A stretch of 64,000 bases of DNA from an uncultured Chloroflexia bacterium (GTDB lineage: Bacteria; Chloroflexota; Limnocylindria; Limnocylindrales; CSP1-4). Below are positions 30,292-41,100 of this stretch, one piece after another. The position numbers and the translations under genes were made by a program. The notes under the pieces were generated by a model that saw only the letters and a list, made by a program, of their open reading frames with translations, made no database searches and had not been told where the DNA came from. Location of the stretch: assembly GCA_963708065.1 (NCBI GenBank), contig CAVPRZ010000011.1:524915-588914 (forward strand), given 5' to 3'. The stretch's first letter is position 1; the number at the start of each line of letters is the position of its first letter.

Positions 30292-31052
30292 CCCGCGGTC
30301 AGCCCGAAGTCGATCGAGATCGCCGCGCCGGTGATCGGCGTCGCCCGCTCGGAGCACAGGAAGGCGATGAGCTCGGCGACCTCGTCCGGCCGGATGAACC
30401 GGGCCGGGCGCTGGGGGTAGGCCGCGAGGAGGTCACGGAGGTAGCCCTCCGGGTCGCCGCCCCCGAACGCCCGGGCCTGGTAGTGGATCATCGGCGAGTC
30501 GACGTCGCCGGGGCAGACGACGTTGACCCGGACACCGCGCTCGGCGAGCTCCACGGCGAGCGCCTTCGAGAGGACCGTGACGCCACCCTTGCTCGCGCAG
30601 TAGACCGCCGCGCCCTTGTTGCCCCACAGCCCGGCGTCCGAGCTCACGTTGACGATGCAGCCGCCGCTCTCGACGAGGGCCGGGATCGCCCGGCTGCAGA
30701 CGAAGAACGTGCCCTTCAGGTTGACGTCGACGACCCGGTCCCAGTCGGCCTCGGTCATCGACTCGGTCGGGCCCTCCACCCACAGGCCGGCGCAGTTGAC
30801 GACGGCGTCGAGCCGGCCGCCCCAGCCGATCGACTCGGCGATCGCCCGCTCGCAGTCGGCGACGACGCTGACATCGGCGACGATTCCGCTGGCCGTCGCC
30901 GCGCCACCGAGCTCCGCGACCGCCCGCTCGAGGCCGGGCCCGTCGACGTCGACCAGGGCCACTCGGAAGCCGTCGACGGCCAGCCGGCGGGCGGTCGCCA
31001 GGCCGATCCCGCCGGCGCCGCCGGTGATGAGCGCGACGCGCCCGACGGGCAT
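30285..31052 (-). CDS. SDR-family oxidoreductase (255 aa)
   Basis: Rossmann motif TGGAGGIG, NAG motif NCAG and catalytic YxxxK (YCASK). The ATG at 31052 overlaps the upstream stop by 1 nt (TGATG). The upstream 150 aa of the ORF is Arg/Gly-rich and non-coding-like. Confidence 0.8.
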   Translation of the reverse strand: MPVGRVALITGGAGGIGLATARRLAVDGFRVALVDVDGPGLERAVAELGGAATASGIVADVSVVADCERAIAESIGWGGRLDAVVNCAGLWVEGPTESMTEADWDRVVDVNLKGTFFVCSRAIPALVESGGCIVNVSSDAGLWGNKGAAVYCASKGGVTVLSKALAVELAERGVRVNVVCPGDVDSPMIHYQARAFGGGDPEGYLRDLLAAYPQRPARFIRPDEVAELIAFLCSERATPITGAAISIDFGLTAGY

Positions 31053-31843
31053 CAGTACCACGCCTCGGACGGGCCCTTGAACTCCTGGATGACGTTGCCA
31101 CCGTCGACGACGACGCCCTGGCCGGTGACGTAGCTCGCCGCATCCGAGGCGAGGAAGGCAACGACCGCCGCGACCTCGTCCGGGGTGCCGGATCGGCCGA
31201 GCGGGGTGTTCGCCCCGGCGATCGCCTCCTCGGGCAGCTGCGACCCGCTGGCGATCCAGCCGGGCAGGACGGCATTGACGGTGACACCCTTGCGACCGAC
31301 CTCGATCGCCAGGGCGCGCATGAGCCCGGTGATCCCGGCCTTCGCGGCCCCGTAGACCGCCGATCCCGGGTTGCTCACGAGCGGGCCGGTGACGGACGAG
31401 ACGAAGATGATCCGGCCGTGTCCCGAGGCGACCAGGGTCGGCAGCGCCGCGCGGGTCACCCGGAAGGCGATGCCCAGGTTCCGGGCGATCCCCCGATCCC
31501 ACTCGGACGGGTCCATCCCGAGCACCTCGCTCGACTCCTCGGGCGCGCCGAGCGCGACCATCCCGGCGTTGTTGACCAGGATGTCGAGCCGCCCGGCGTG
31601 GCCGGCCAGCACCTCCTCGATGAGCCGCTCGGCCGCGCCGTCCGTCATCAGGTCGCCGACGTGGCCGGTCGCGCTGATGCCCTCGGTCGCCAGCTCCGCG
31701 ACCCGGTCGTGGATCCGGGCGGTCGTCGAGGCAAGCGCGAGCGCGGCGCCCCCGCGGCCAAGCAGACGAGCCGTGGCGAAGCCGATCCCGGTCGGGCTGC
31801 CCGCGCCGGTCACCAGGGCGACCCGCCCGTCGAAGCGGTCCAC
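31052..31843 (-). CDS. SDR-family oxidoreductase (3-oxoacyl-ACP reductase-like)
   Basis: TGAGSPTGIG, NNAG and YGAAK motifs. The GTG start lies 2 nt after the galE stop. Confidence 0.8.
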   Translation of the reverse strand: MDRFDGRVALVTGAGSPTGIGFATARLLGRGGAALALASTTARIHDRVAELATEGISATGHVGDLMTDGAAERLIEEVLAGHAGRLDILVNNAGMVALGAPEESSEVLGMDPSEWDRGIARNLGIAFRVTRAALPTLVASGHGRIIFVSSVTGPLVSNPGSAVYGAAKAGITGLMRALAIEVGRKGVTVNAVLPGWIASGSQLPEEAIAGANTPLGRSGTPDEVAAVVAFLASDAASYVTGQGVVVDGGNVIQEFKGPSEAWY

Positions 31844-31845
31844 CG

Positions 31846-32893
31846 TCAGGACCCGTAGCCGCCCGGGTGCGCCCGCCGCCACGCCCACGCGGAGCCGATC
31901 ATCTCGTCGAGCGAGCCACGCCGCGGGGTCCAGCCGAGCACCGTCCGGGCGCGCTCGTTCGAGGCGACCAGGATCGGCGGGTCGCCCGGGCGGCGCGGGC
32001 CCGCCTCGGTCGGGATCGGCCGGCCGACGACCCGCTCCGCGGCCGCGATCACCTCGCGAACGCTGAACCCGGCCGCGCTGCCGAGGTTGATCGTCGTCGC
32101 CCGCCCCCGCGCCGGGTCGCCCGGGGCGTCCGGGTCGGCGGTCCGCGGATCGTCCGGGCCGGTCGCCTCGAGCGCGGCGAGATGGGCGTCGGCGAGGTCC
32201 TCGACGTGGATGTAGTCGCGGACGTTCGTCCCGTCCGGGGTGGGATAGTCGGTCCCGAAGACGGTCAGCGGGCGGTCGGCCTCGACCGCCCCGAGGATGC
32301 TCGGGATGAGGTGCGTCTCGGGGTCGTGCTGCTCGCCGTTCCGGCGCGACGCCCCGGCCACGTTGAAGTAGCGCAGGGCCACGCTCCGCAGGCCGTAGGC
32401 GGCGCCGTACCAGCGGAGCGCCCCCTCGAACGTGCGCTTCGTCTCGCCGTACGGGTTGATCGGGTCGAGCGGGGCGTCCTCGGAGATCGGGGTCGTCGTC
32501 GGCATCGCCGTAGACCGCGGCCGTCGACGAGAACACGAGCCGCCGGACCCCGGCCGCCCGGATCGCCTCGAGCAGGGCGATCCCCCCGGCGACGTTGTCG
32601 CGGTAGTACTTCGCCGGGTCGGCGATCGACTCGGCGACGAGCGAGCGCGCCGCGCAGTGGAGGATCGCCTCGACCCGGTGCTGCTCGAGGACCGTGGCGA
32701 TGGTCGGCCGGTCGCCGTAGGAGCCCGCGACGAGGCTCGCCCCGTCGGCGGCGGCACGATGCCCGGTCGAGAGGTCGTCGAGGACGACGACCTCGTGGCC
32801 GGCCTCGAGCAGGCGCTCCACGCTGACCGATCCGACGTAGCCGGCCCCGCCGGTGACGAGGATCCGCACCGCACCCTCCGCTGTCGCCGCCAT
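31846..32893 (-). CDS. galE: UDP-glucose 4-epimerase; apparent frameshift near 32480
   Basis: The N-terminus ILVTGGAGYVGS...FSSTAAVYG is in one frame. The catalytic YGETK region and the C-terminus (NVRDYIHVEDLADAH...LGW) are in another frame. Confidence 0.7.
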
Positions 32894-32937
32894 TGTCGCG
32901 GAGCCCTGCCGGTCGCGTCGCCTGCGCCTCGCGCTCG

Positions 32938-34320
32938 CTAGACGTCCTCGGCCAGCTCGGCCTGGGCAAGCATCAGGAGCGTGGGGCGGTCGTTGAGCTC
33001 CGGGTCCTCGACGACCGCCTCGAGGAGCCGCTCGAGCACGGTCCCGAGCCGCGGGCCCGGCTCGGCGCCGAGCTCGGCGATGAGGTCGTCGCCGTCGATC
33101 GCGAGGTCGCCCCGGTCGAGCGCGACCTCGGCGGCGAGCTGCTCCGCGACGCGGGCCTCGAGCTCGTCGAGCCCGCCGGCCCCCGGCGCGAGGTCGCTCC
33201 CGATGTTGTCGGCCCGGCGCAGCTCGAACAGCTCGTCGAGGGCGGGCCGGCCGATCTTGGCGATGAACCGACGGATCGCCGCGTCGCCCCACGTCGCCTC
33301 GTACGAGAACATGTGGTTGCGCACGAGCCGGACGACCCGGTCGATGGTCGAGCGCGGGAACCGGAGCCGGACGAGGAACGCCTCGGCGAGCTCGGCCCCG
33401 ACGGTCTCGTGGCCCAGGAAGCGGCCGTCGGCGAACGTCGCCGGCTTGCCGATGTCGTGGACGAGCGACGCCAGCCGGACGAGCGGCCGGTCCGCCGGGG
33501 CGGCGTCGACCGTGCGGACCGTGTGGTCCCAGAGGTCCTCGCCGGGCACCTTGTTCTGGGGCACGCCACGCTGGTCGGCGAGCTCGGCCGAGATGCTGCG
33601 GAGGAGGCCGGTCGACTCGAGCGGCCGGAGGCCGACCGAGGGGAACGGTGCCGCGAGGAGCTTCTCGAGCTCGGCGGCGATCCGCTCGCCGGACAGGTAG
33701 CGGACGAGCTCGGCCCGGGCGGTCATCCCGGCCAGCGTGGCCGGGTCGATCGCGAACTCGAGGGCGGCCGCCAGGCGGACGGTCCTGATCATCCGCAGCG
33801 CATCCTCGCCGAACCGCTCCTCCGGATCGCCGACGGCACGCAGCCGGCGCGCCTCGAGGTCGGCGATCCCGTCGTGGGGATCGAGCAGCCCCGACGGCTC
33901 GCTTGGCCGGCCGCCCCAGGCCATCGCGTTGACGGTCAGGTCGCGGCGCGCCAGGTCGTCCTCGATCCGGTCGCCGAACTCGACCCGGTGGGGCCGGCGG
34001 AAGTCGGCATAGTCGTGGTCGGTCCGGAACGTGGTGATCTCGAACGGCTCGCCGAGGTGCCGGACCGCGACCGTCCCGAACCGGTTCTCGTAGACCGCCC
34101 CGGGGAACAGTTCGACGATCCGCTCCGGCCGGGCGTCGGTCGCCAGGTCCCAGTCGGCCACGTCGCGGCCCAGCATCCGGTCGCGGAGCGACCCACCGAC
34201 CACGTAGGCGGCGTGACCGGCGGCCTGGAGGATCGCGATGACGTCGAGGGCCTCGGGGGGCAGCGGGCCGACCGACGCCGGGCCCGGCCGGTCGTCGTCC
34301 GTCAGTTCCGCCCCAGGAAC
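32938..34320 (-). CDS. CCA-adding enzyme / tRNA nucleotidyltransferase with HD domain
   Basis: Head-domain motif YVVGGSLRDRMLGRDVADWDLAT, then RRDLTVNAMAW, then an HD-domain region (HDIGKP). The first roughly 58 aa of the ORF are Pro/Arg-rich, so the true start is probably internal. Confidence 0.75.
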   Translation of the reverse strand, partial: VPGAELTDDDRPGPASVGPLPPEALDVIAILQAAGHAAYVVGGSLRDRMLGRDVADWDLATDARPERIVELFPGAVYENRFGTVAVRHLGEPFEITTFRTDHDYADFRRPHRVEFGDRIEDDLARRDLTVNAMAWGGRPSEPSGLLDPHDGIADLEARRLRAVGDPEERFGEDALRMIRTVRLAAALEFAIDPATLAGMTARAELVRYLSGERIAAELEKLLAAPFPSVGLRPLESTGLLRSISAELADQRGVPQNKVPGEDLWDHTVRTVDAAPADRPLVRLASLVHDIGKPATFADGRFLGHETVGAELAEAFLVRLRFPRSTIDRVVRLVRNHMFSYEATWGDAAIRRFIAKIGRPALDELFELRRADNIGSDLAPGAGGLDELEARVAEQLAAEVALDRGDLAIDGDDLIAELGAEPGPRLGTVLERLLEAVVEDPELNDRPTLLMLAQAELAEDV

Positions 34321-34823
34321 AGGTAATCCCGCCAGGCCACGTTGCGCTCGTCGACCAGGTACGGGGTGAACAGCGAGTAGATGTCGCTGCGCGGCTCGAA
34401 TGGGGCCCGGACGAGCCGCAGGCGGGCCTCCTCGAGGGTCTTGCCGCCCTTCCGGTGGTTGCACGCCTTGCAGGCGGCCACGAGGTTCTCCCACGTGTGG
34501 CCGCCGCCCCGGTGGCGCGGGACGATATGGTCCAGGGTCAGGTCGTGCGACTGGCGGCCGCAGTACTGGCAGCGGTGCCCGTCGCGGGTGAAGATCTCGC
34601 GCCGGGTCAGCTTGACCCGCGGCCGCGGCCGCCTGACCTGGTGCTGGATCCGGATGACCGACGGGGCACGGTATTCCGTCCGCGGCGTCCGGATCATCTG
34701 GTGGTCGTACTCGACCACCTCGGCCTTCTCGCCGAACACGAGGCGGAAGGCGCGCGGCAGATTGCAGACGTTGAGCGGCTCGTAGTTCTGGTTCAGGACG
34801 AGAACGACACCGTCCATGGCCAC
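34302..34823 (-). CDS. HNH endonuclease (YajD/McrA-like conserved actinobacterial HNH protein)
   Basis: HNH motif: CQYCG...LDHIVPRHRGGGHTWENLVAACKACNHRK. Confidence 0.8.
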   Translation of the reverse strand: MAMDGVVLVLNQNYEPLNVCNLPRAFRLVFGEKAEVVEYDHQMIRTPRTEYRAPSVIRIQHQVRRPRPRVKLTRREIFTRDGHRCQYCGRQSHDLTLDHIVPRHRGGGHTWENLVAACKACNHRKGGKTLEEARLRLVRAPFEPRSDIYSLFTPYLVDERNVAWRDYLFLGRN

Positions 34824-34860
34824 GCGAGGATAGCAGGAGCGCGACGCGACCCCATGACGC

Positions 34861-35814
34861 TCAGGGCCGGCCCGTCGCCGCCCCCGTCGACGGGTCCCAG
34901 CCTCCGGCGCGCCCGACCTTGCTCTCGACCGGGCGGCCGAGGGTCCCGGCCACGAACTGGGCCGCCTCGAGGACGCCCTCGAGCCGGACCCCGTGCTGCC
35001 AGCCCGAGGCGTCGAGCAGGTAGACCAGGTCCTCGGTCGCGAGGTTGCCCGCCGCGCCCGGGGCGTACGGGCAGCCGCCGGTCCCGCCGGCCGATGCGTC
35101 GAAGCAGCGAACCCCCGCGGCCAGCCCGGCCGTCACGTTGGCGAGCGCGGTTCCCCGGGTGTCGTGGAAGTGGTAGGCGAGCCGGTCGAGGTGGAGCCCG
35201 GCGTCGGTCGCCCGCCCGGTCAGCTCGGCGACCTGGTCGGGCACCGCGACCCCGATCGTGTCGCCGAAGCAGATCTCGTCGGCCCCGATCTCGAGCAGCT
35301 CGACGGCGATCTCGACCGCCCGCCCCGGGTCGACCCGGCCGGTGTACGGGCAGCCGAAGGCGGTCGAGACGTACGCCCGCCGCCACCAGCCCAGGTCGCC
35401 GGCCCGCTCGAGGACGGCCGCGAACGTGTCGATCGAATCGGCCACCGTCGAGCCGATGTTGTGCTCGGTGAAGGCGTCGGTCGTCGCGGTGAAGACGGCC
35501 AGCGCCTCGGCTCCAGCGGCCTCCGCGCGGGCCAGCCCGCGCAGGTTCGGGACGAGCACCGGGTAGCGGACTCCGGTCACGTCGGGCAAACCGGCGAGGA
35601 GCTCCTCGGCGTCGGCCAGCTGGGGGATCGACTTCGGGTTCACGAAGCTCGTCGCCTCGATCTCGCGGAGGCCGGCCTGGACGAGCAGCTCGACGAAGCG
35701 GAGCTTGGCCTCGGTCGGGATCGGGGTCGCCTCGTTCTGGAGGCCGTCGCGCGGCCCGACCTCGTAGATCCGGACGTGCCGGTCCGGACCGCCTGGCGGG
35801 GACGCCTCGGCCAT
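34861..35814 (-). CDS. hydroxymethylglutaryl-CoA lyase
   Basis: ATG at 35814. EVGPRDGLQNE and the TIM-barrel DRE-family motifs are present, ending ...GNLATEDLVYLL. Confidence 0.8.
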   Translation of the reverse strand: MAEASPPGGPDRHVRIYEVGPRDGLQNEATPIPTEAKLRFVELLVQAGLREIEATSFVNPKSIPQLADAEELLAGLPDVTGVRYPVLVPNLRGLARAEAAGAEALAVFTATTDAFTEHNIGSTVADSIDTFAAVLERAGDLGWWRRAYVSTAFGCPYTGRVDPGRAVEIAVELLEIGADEICFGDTIGVAVPDQVAELTGRATDAGLHLDRLAYHFHDTRGTALANVTAGLAAGVRCFDASAGGTGGCPYAPGAAGNLATEDLVYLLDASGWQHGVRLEGVLEAAQFVAGTLGRPVESKVGRAGGWDPSTGAATGRP

Positions 35815-36050
35815 CGTCGGTCCTAGCCGGCTGGCGCCTGGGCGGGCTGCTCGATCTCGGCGATCCGGATCTCGATCGCGGCGATCTCCTCGCAGGCCGC
35901 CTGGTACTCGTCGCTCCCGAGCGGGGCCGCGGCGCGCCGACGGCGAGCCGCCATGTGGAGCTCGATGAGCTCGGCGCGGGTGCGGGGCAGGGGCTTCGAC
36001 ACGGGACCTCCTTCGGTTCCCCGGAGGGTACCGCGCCCGCGGGGCCGCGG

Positions 36051-38117
36051 TCACTCCACGATCGCGACGACCTGGCCGCGGCTGACCTGGTCGCCGACTC
36101 GCACGGCGAGCTCCCGGACCAGCCCGGGGCCGGGCGCGACGACGACGTGCTCCATCTTCATCGCCTCGAGCGTGACGAGCGGATCGCCCGCCTCGACCGC
36201 GACGCCCGCGGACACGTGGACGGCGAGCACGACGCCGGGCATGGGCGCGGCGACGTCGCCGACGAACGACCCGTGATGGGTCGCCGCCCGGAGCGCCCGA
36301 TCGACGTCCGGCGGGGCGGCGATCCGGAACGGCACGCTCCGGCCGTCGACGTCGACGTGGGCCGTGCCGTCGGCCGCCAGGACCGCCAGCGCCTCGAGCC
36401 CGGTGCCTGGGTCGGGTACGTCGACCGCTCGCTCGAGGTCGCCCTCGGTGGCCAGGCGGATCCGCGGCCGCGTGCCCAGCCGCCAGCCCCCGGCCCAGGG
36501 GTCGATCGCCGGCTGGCGGGTCGTGGGCGGGTCGGCGACCGTGCCCGCCGCGGCCTCGCAGAGGAGCCTGGCGGCCGTCGCCCAGGCGTCGGGCGGTGGC
36601 TCGCCGGCAGCCGGCTCCCCGTCCGGCGGCCAGATCCTCTCGAGCGTGTCGACGTGCGCCGACCCGGCGATGACGACGGGCTGGCGGACGAGCCAGCGCA
36701 GGAACCGCAGGTTCGTCGTCAGCCCGAGGACGACGGTCTCGTCCAGGGCCTCCGCGAGGCTCGCGAGCGCCTCGTTCCGGTTGCGGCCGGCAGCCACGAT
36801 CTTGGCCAGCATCGGGTCGTACCGGTCGCCGACGGCCGTGCCGGGCTCGATCCCCGCGTCGACCCGGATGCGGCCGGGAGCCGGGTCGGGCCAGCGGAGC
36901 GCCTCCACCCGGCCGGTGGCGGGGAGGAAGCCGGCCTCGGCGTCCTCGGCGTACAGCCGGACCTCGACCGCGTGACCACCCCCGGCCAGGACCGCGTCGA
37001 CGCCGGACTGGTCGATCCCGAGCGGCTCCCCGGCGGCGATCCGGAGCTGGTCGGCGACCAGGTCACGACCGGTCACGAGCTCGGTCACCGGATGCTCGAC
37101 CTGGAGCCGGGTGTTCATCTCGAGGAAGAAGAACCGGCCGCGATCGTCGAGCAGGAACTCGCAGGTCCCGGCGCTGACGTAGCCGACCGACCCGGCCAGG
37201 GACAGGGCAGCGGCGCCGAGCCGGGCGCGGAGCCGGACGTCGACCGCCGGCGAGGGCGACTCCTCGAGGACCTTCTGGTGCCGGCGCTGGAGCGAGCAGT
37301 CGCGCTCGCCGAGATGGACTCCCTGCCCGTGGGCGTCGAAGAGGACCTGGACCTCGACGTGACGCGGCCCCTCGAGGTAACGCTCGAGGATCAGCCGATC
37401 GTCGCCGAAGGCCGCCGCCGCCTCGCGCCGGGCCGAGGCGATCGCGTCGGGCAGGCGGGCGAGATCGCGGACGATCCGCATGCCCTTGCCGCCGCCACCG
37501 GCCGCCGGCTTGACCATCAACGGCGGCCCGATCGACTCGGCCGCGCGTTGCAGCGCGCCGTCTGTCTGGTCGGGTCCGTCGTAGCCGGCGATGACGGGCA
37601 CGCCGAGCCGCGCCGCCAGGCGGCGGGCGGCGGCCTTGTCGCCCATGGCCCGGATCGCGCTCGGTGGCGGTCCGACCCAGCGGATGCCGGCGTCGACGAC
37701 CGCGCCGGCGAAGTCGGCGCTCTCGCTCAGGAAGCCATAGCCTGGATGGAGCGCGTCGGCGCCGGCCGCCCGGGCCGCGTCGACGACGGCCAGGGCGTCG
37801 AGCAGGTCGACGGCCGGCCGCCCGTCCTGCCCCGGGACGACGACGTCGAGGCCGAGCTGGGCGCAGGTCCGGCGGATGCGCGCCGCGATCTCGCCCCGAT
37901 TCGCGACGAACAGGGTTCGGATGGGCTGTGCGCCTCTGCGCTCGACACAAGGACCCGGCTCGTCGAACGCGTCTAATGCGTCAAACGCGACACGCCAGCG
38001 ACCACCGACCCGTCGTGCCGGCAGTCTGCCGATGGCGATCCAGCGCTGGACCGTCCTCGTCGACGTCCCCAGACGGCGCGCGGCCTGACTCGGAGAAACC
38101 TCAGCTGGGTCGGCCAT
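36051..38117 (-). CDS. acyl-CoA (methylcrotonyl/propionyl-type) carboxylase alpha subunit (biotin carboxylase + BCCP) with N-terminal excisionase/MerR-type HTH extension
   Basis: BC begins IRTLFVANRGEIAARI and carries ATP-grasp motifs. The C-terminal biotinyl domain has EAMKME. The first roughly 55 aa (SPSQAARRLGTSTRTVQRWIAIGRLPARRVGGRWRV) form an HTH. No in-frame start separates the HTH from BC. Confidence 0.8.
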   Translation of the reverse strand: MADPAEVSPSQAARRLGTSTRTVQRWIAIGRLPARRVGGRWRVAFDALDAFDEPGPCVERRGAQPIRTLFVANRGEIAARIRRTCAQLGLDVVVPGQDGRPAVDLLDALAVVDAARAAGADALHPGYGFLSESADFAGAVVDAGIRWVGPPPSAIRAMGDKAAARRLAARLGVPVIAGYDGPDQTDGALQRAAESIGPPLMVKPAAGGGGKGMRIVRDLARLPDAIASARREAAAAFGDDRLILERYLEGPRHVEVQVLFDAHGQGVHLGERDCSLQRRHQKVLEESPSPAVDVRLRARLGAAALSLAGSVGYVSAGTCEFLLDDRGRFFFLEMNTRLQVEHPVTELVTGRDLVADQLRIAAGEPLGIDQSGVDAVLAGGGHAVEVRLYAEDAEAGFLPATGRVEALRWPDPAPGRIRVDAGIEPGTAVGDRYDPMLAKIVAAGRNRNEALASLAEALDETVVLGLTTNLRFLRWLVRQPVVIAGSAHVDTLERIWPPDGEPAAGEPPPDAWATAARLLCEAAAGTVADPPTTRQPAIDPWAGGWRLGTRPRIRLATEGDLERAVDVPDPGTGLEALAVLAADGTAHVDVDGRSVPFRIAAPPDVDRALRAATHHGSFVGDVAAPMPGVVLAVHVSAGVAVEAGDPLVTLEAMKMEHVVVAPGPGLVRELAVRVGDQVSRGQVVAIVE

Positions 38118-38166
38118 GGCGCGATTGTCGCGTCCAATGGCCCCGACGGCAAGCGCTCGAATTGCG

Positions 38167-41100
38167 TCAGCGCATGGGACAGAGCGACACGAGATCGAGT
38201 CCCGGCGAGCTCGGCGCGAACACCTCGCAACTCACGCCCGGTCCGACGTACGCGGCTCTCCAGCCTGCCCCGAACGGGATGACCCGGACCTCGGCGCGCT
38301 CGAGCCGGTCCACGAGGTCGGCGGCAGCCGCTGTGCGTTGGGGCTCGGCGAGTCGGTCGAGGCCGGCGATCGCGGCGTCGGTCCCCGAACCGAGCCAGAC
38401 GGGCGGGCCTGCCGACCGGAGGTCGTCGAGCAGCGCGCCGGCGTCCGGATAACGGGGTTGGACGAACTCGATGACCATCGAGATGTCGGATCCCTTCGCG
38501 ACCGCGGCCGCGTTCGGGTCGTCGTCATTCTCGACCGTCAGCGCGATCCCGATCGCCTGGAGATCGGTCGCCATCCGGGTCGCCATCCTCTGGCATTGAT
38601 CGCAGTCGCGCCCGTAGCTGATCACGATCGAGCCGGTGCGCCCGCCCATGAGCCGCTTCGCCTCGGCCAGCGCGGCCGGGTCCGAGCCGCCATCGAGCTT
38701 GAACGGCTGGCTCCGCGGCCTGCCGGTCACGACGCTGGGGAGGAGCCCGCTGGTCGCGACGAGGTTGAAGCTCCGCGCCATGTCGGTCCGGTTGAGCACG
38801 AGCGCGACGGCCCGCCGCACGTTCGGGTCCTTGAGCAACGGATCGCGGGGATTGAGCGAGAGGAACAGGAGCCCGCCGCCGTCCGTCCTGAAGTAGCGCT
38901 GGTCGCCGGATCGGGCCGCGCTGCTCCCCGGGCCCCACTGGCCCGCGATCGCGCCCTGGGGATCGAGCTGGTCGATCGTCGGCACGAGATCGACCGAGCC
39001 CGCTTCGAGCCGGGAAATCGCGTCCGATGGATCGATGCCCGTGAGCCAGACGACCGAGTCGGCACCGACCTTGCGCGGACCGGGGTAGTTCGGGTTGCGC
39101 TCGAGGATCAGGTACTGACCGCCAACGTGGCCCGAGACGTAGAACGGACCGGAGCGCGGCAGGGGCGGATCGTTCACGCCACCCCGGATCCTCGCCGTAC
39201 CGACGGGCACCGGACAGAACGCCGGCAGGCTCAGGCGCTCCAGGAACGTGCTGGACGGCGCACGAATGGTGATCGACAGGGTGTCGTCGGTCGTAGTCAG
39301 CCCGCTGATGTCCGCCGCCTTCCCGGCGTGGTACTCGTTGGCGCCGATGATGTCGCCGAGCCATTCGATGCCGTCGGCGTCGGGCCCGAGGCGCGGGTCG
39401 AGCGCGCGCCGGATCGTCAGGCGGAACGTCTCGGCCGTGATGGGCTCGTTGGACGGCGGCGAGAACGCGTAGCCTGGCTTGATCCGGAAGGTGTACGTGC
39501 GACCGTCGGCTGAGACGGTCGGCATCGCCTCGGCGACCTCCGGATGGAGCTCGGCCCCATCGGGTGCTGTCTGGTCCGGGTACGCCAGCAGGCCGGCGCA
39601 CGACGCCCGGTCCACCTGGGCTCGCTCCTCCGAATCGGTGCTGGCGCGAACGGCCGGATCGATCACCGAGAACGGGTTCCCCGGCGAGGCGATCTTGACC
39701 ATGGTGCCGGACAGCCCCGCGATCGCGTCGTCGACGCCCGTCGTCGAGAGGACCGCCATCAGGCCGTCCGACTCCTCGACGTCGGACACCGAGTGGCCGA
39801 TCGGATAGTCGTGCGCCTGTCCCGAGCCGGGGTCGATCGCGGTGGCGGACTCGCGGCCGCCCACCCATACCTTGTCGTCGGCGAACGAGATCGACCGCGC
39901 TCCCGGCACGAAGCGGGAGATCGCGATGTCCTTCCCCGGTTGGACCTGCTGGATCAGCCCCGTCTCGTCGTTCGTGGCCCAGGCATCGTCACCGACGGCA
40001 GCCACGGACACGAGCGGACCCGTGACGTAGGTTGGCGCCCCGGCGGCGTTCGTCGCCGGATCGATCGACTTGACCTCTCCCCACGGCGCCGCAGCCCAGA
40101 TGCGTTGGTCGGTCGCCGCCAAGTACGGCCCCCAGACGTCCTTGACCGTCGCGACGACGGCGCCGGTTCGGGGATCGACGCGGACGACCATCGAGGTCGA
40201 CGGGCTGGATACCGCGACCCAGAGCGAACCGGCCGCCTTGACGATCCCGCCCGAGCTCAATGTGTTGCCCGGGTCGGAGGCGACCGGGTATTCGTCGGTC
40301 TGGCGTCCCGACTGGATGTCGATCCGGTGCAGGAGCGGTCGTTGGCTGTCGGCGACCCAGATGGCGTTGCCGTCCACGAGCCAGTGGGCGACGTCGATCT
40401 CGGTCGAGATCGACTGTTCGATCGTGGCCGAGGCCGGGTCGATCCGATGGAAGGCGGGCGGGTCGGCGTCGAGCACCCACAACCGGTCCCCGACCCACTG
40501 TCCGTCGATCGGCCGCCGGAGGGTCGCGTTGACGGCGCTGACCGCGCCGCTCGATACGTCGAGGAAGGCGACGCCGGGGCCGCTGGCCGGTCCGGTCGGG
40601 GCAGCCGATGCAGGTGCGCTGGATTCCACCTTCGCCGCGGGCTGCGGGGACGCACTCGGACGCGATACGGACGCCCCGCCGAGAACCGCAGCGACCACGG
40701 CGACCACGACGAGCGCCATGCCGCCCACGAGCAGGACCCTGCGCTCGCGGCTCCACTGCCGGGCGCGTCGAACGCGCCGGCCGAGCCCGCGGGGGACCCG
40801 GCTCGAGGCGACGACGCCGACCGCCCGGATCGGATCGGGCACGCCCTTGAGCCGAAACGAGCGGGGTTCGACGTAGCTGATCCCGTCGAGCCGCGCGGCC
40901 AGGTGGATGACGGCCTCGGAGGCGATGACCTCGCCGGGGCCGGCCTGGGCGCACAGCCTGGCCGCGAGGTTCAGTGCGCTCCCCCGGTAGCCATCGCCGA
41001 CCGGGACGGCTTCGCCGGCGTCGAGCCCGATGCCGACCCCTCGGGCCAGCTCCGCGTCGGCGAACCGCTCCTGGAGCTCGACGGCGGCGCGCAGCGCCTG

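Noticed and set aside
31052-33292. 746-aa ORF read as one protein
   Set aside because: It is a concatenation of a non-coding-like Arg-rich stretch, the GalE N-terminus (frame-shifted relative to the GalE C-terminus in ORF 31846..32874) and a separate SDR gene (31052..31843).
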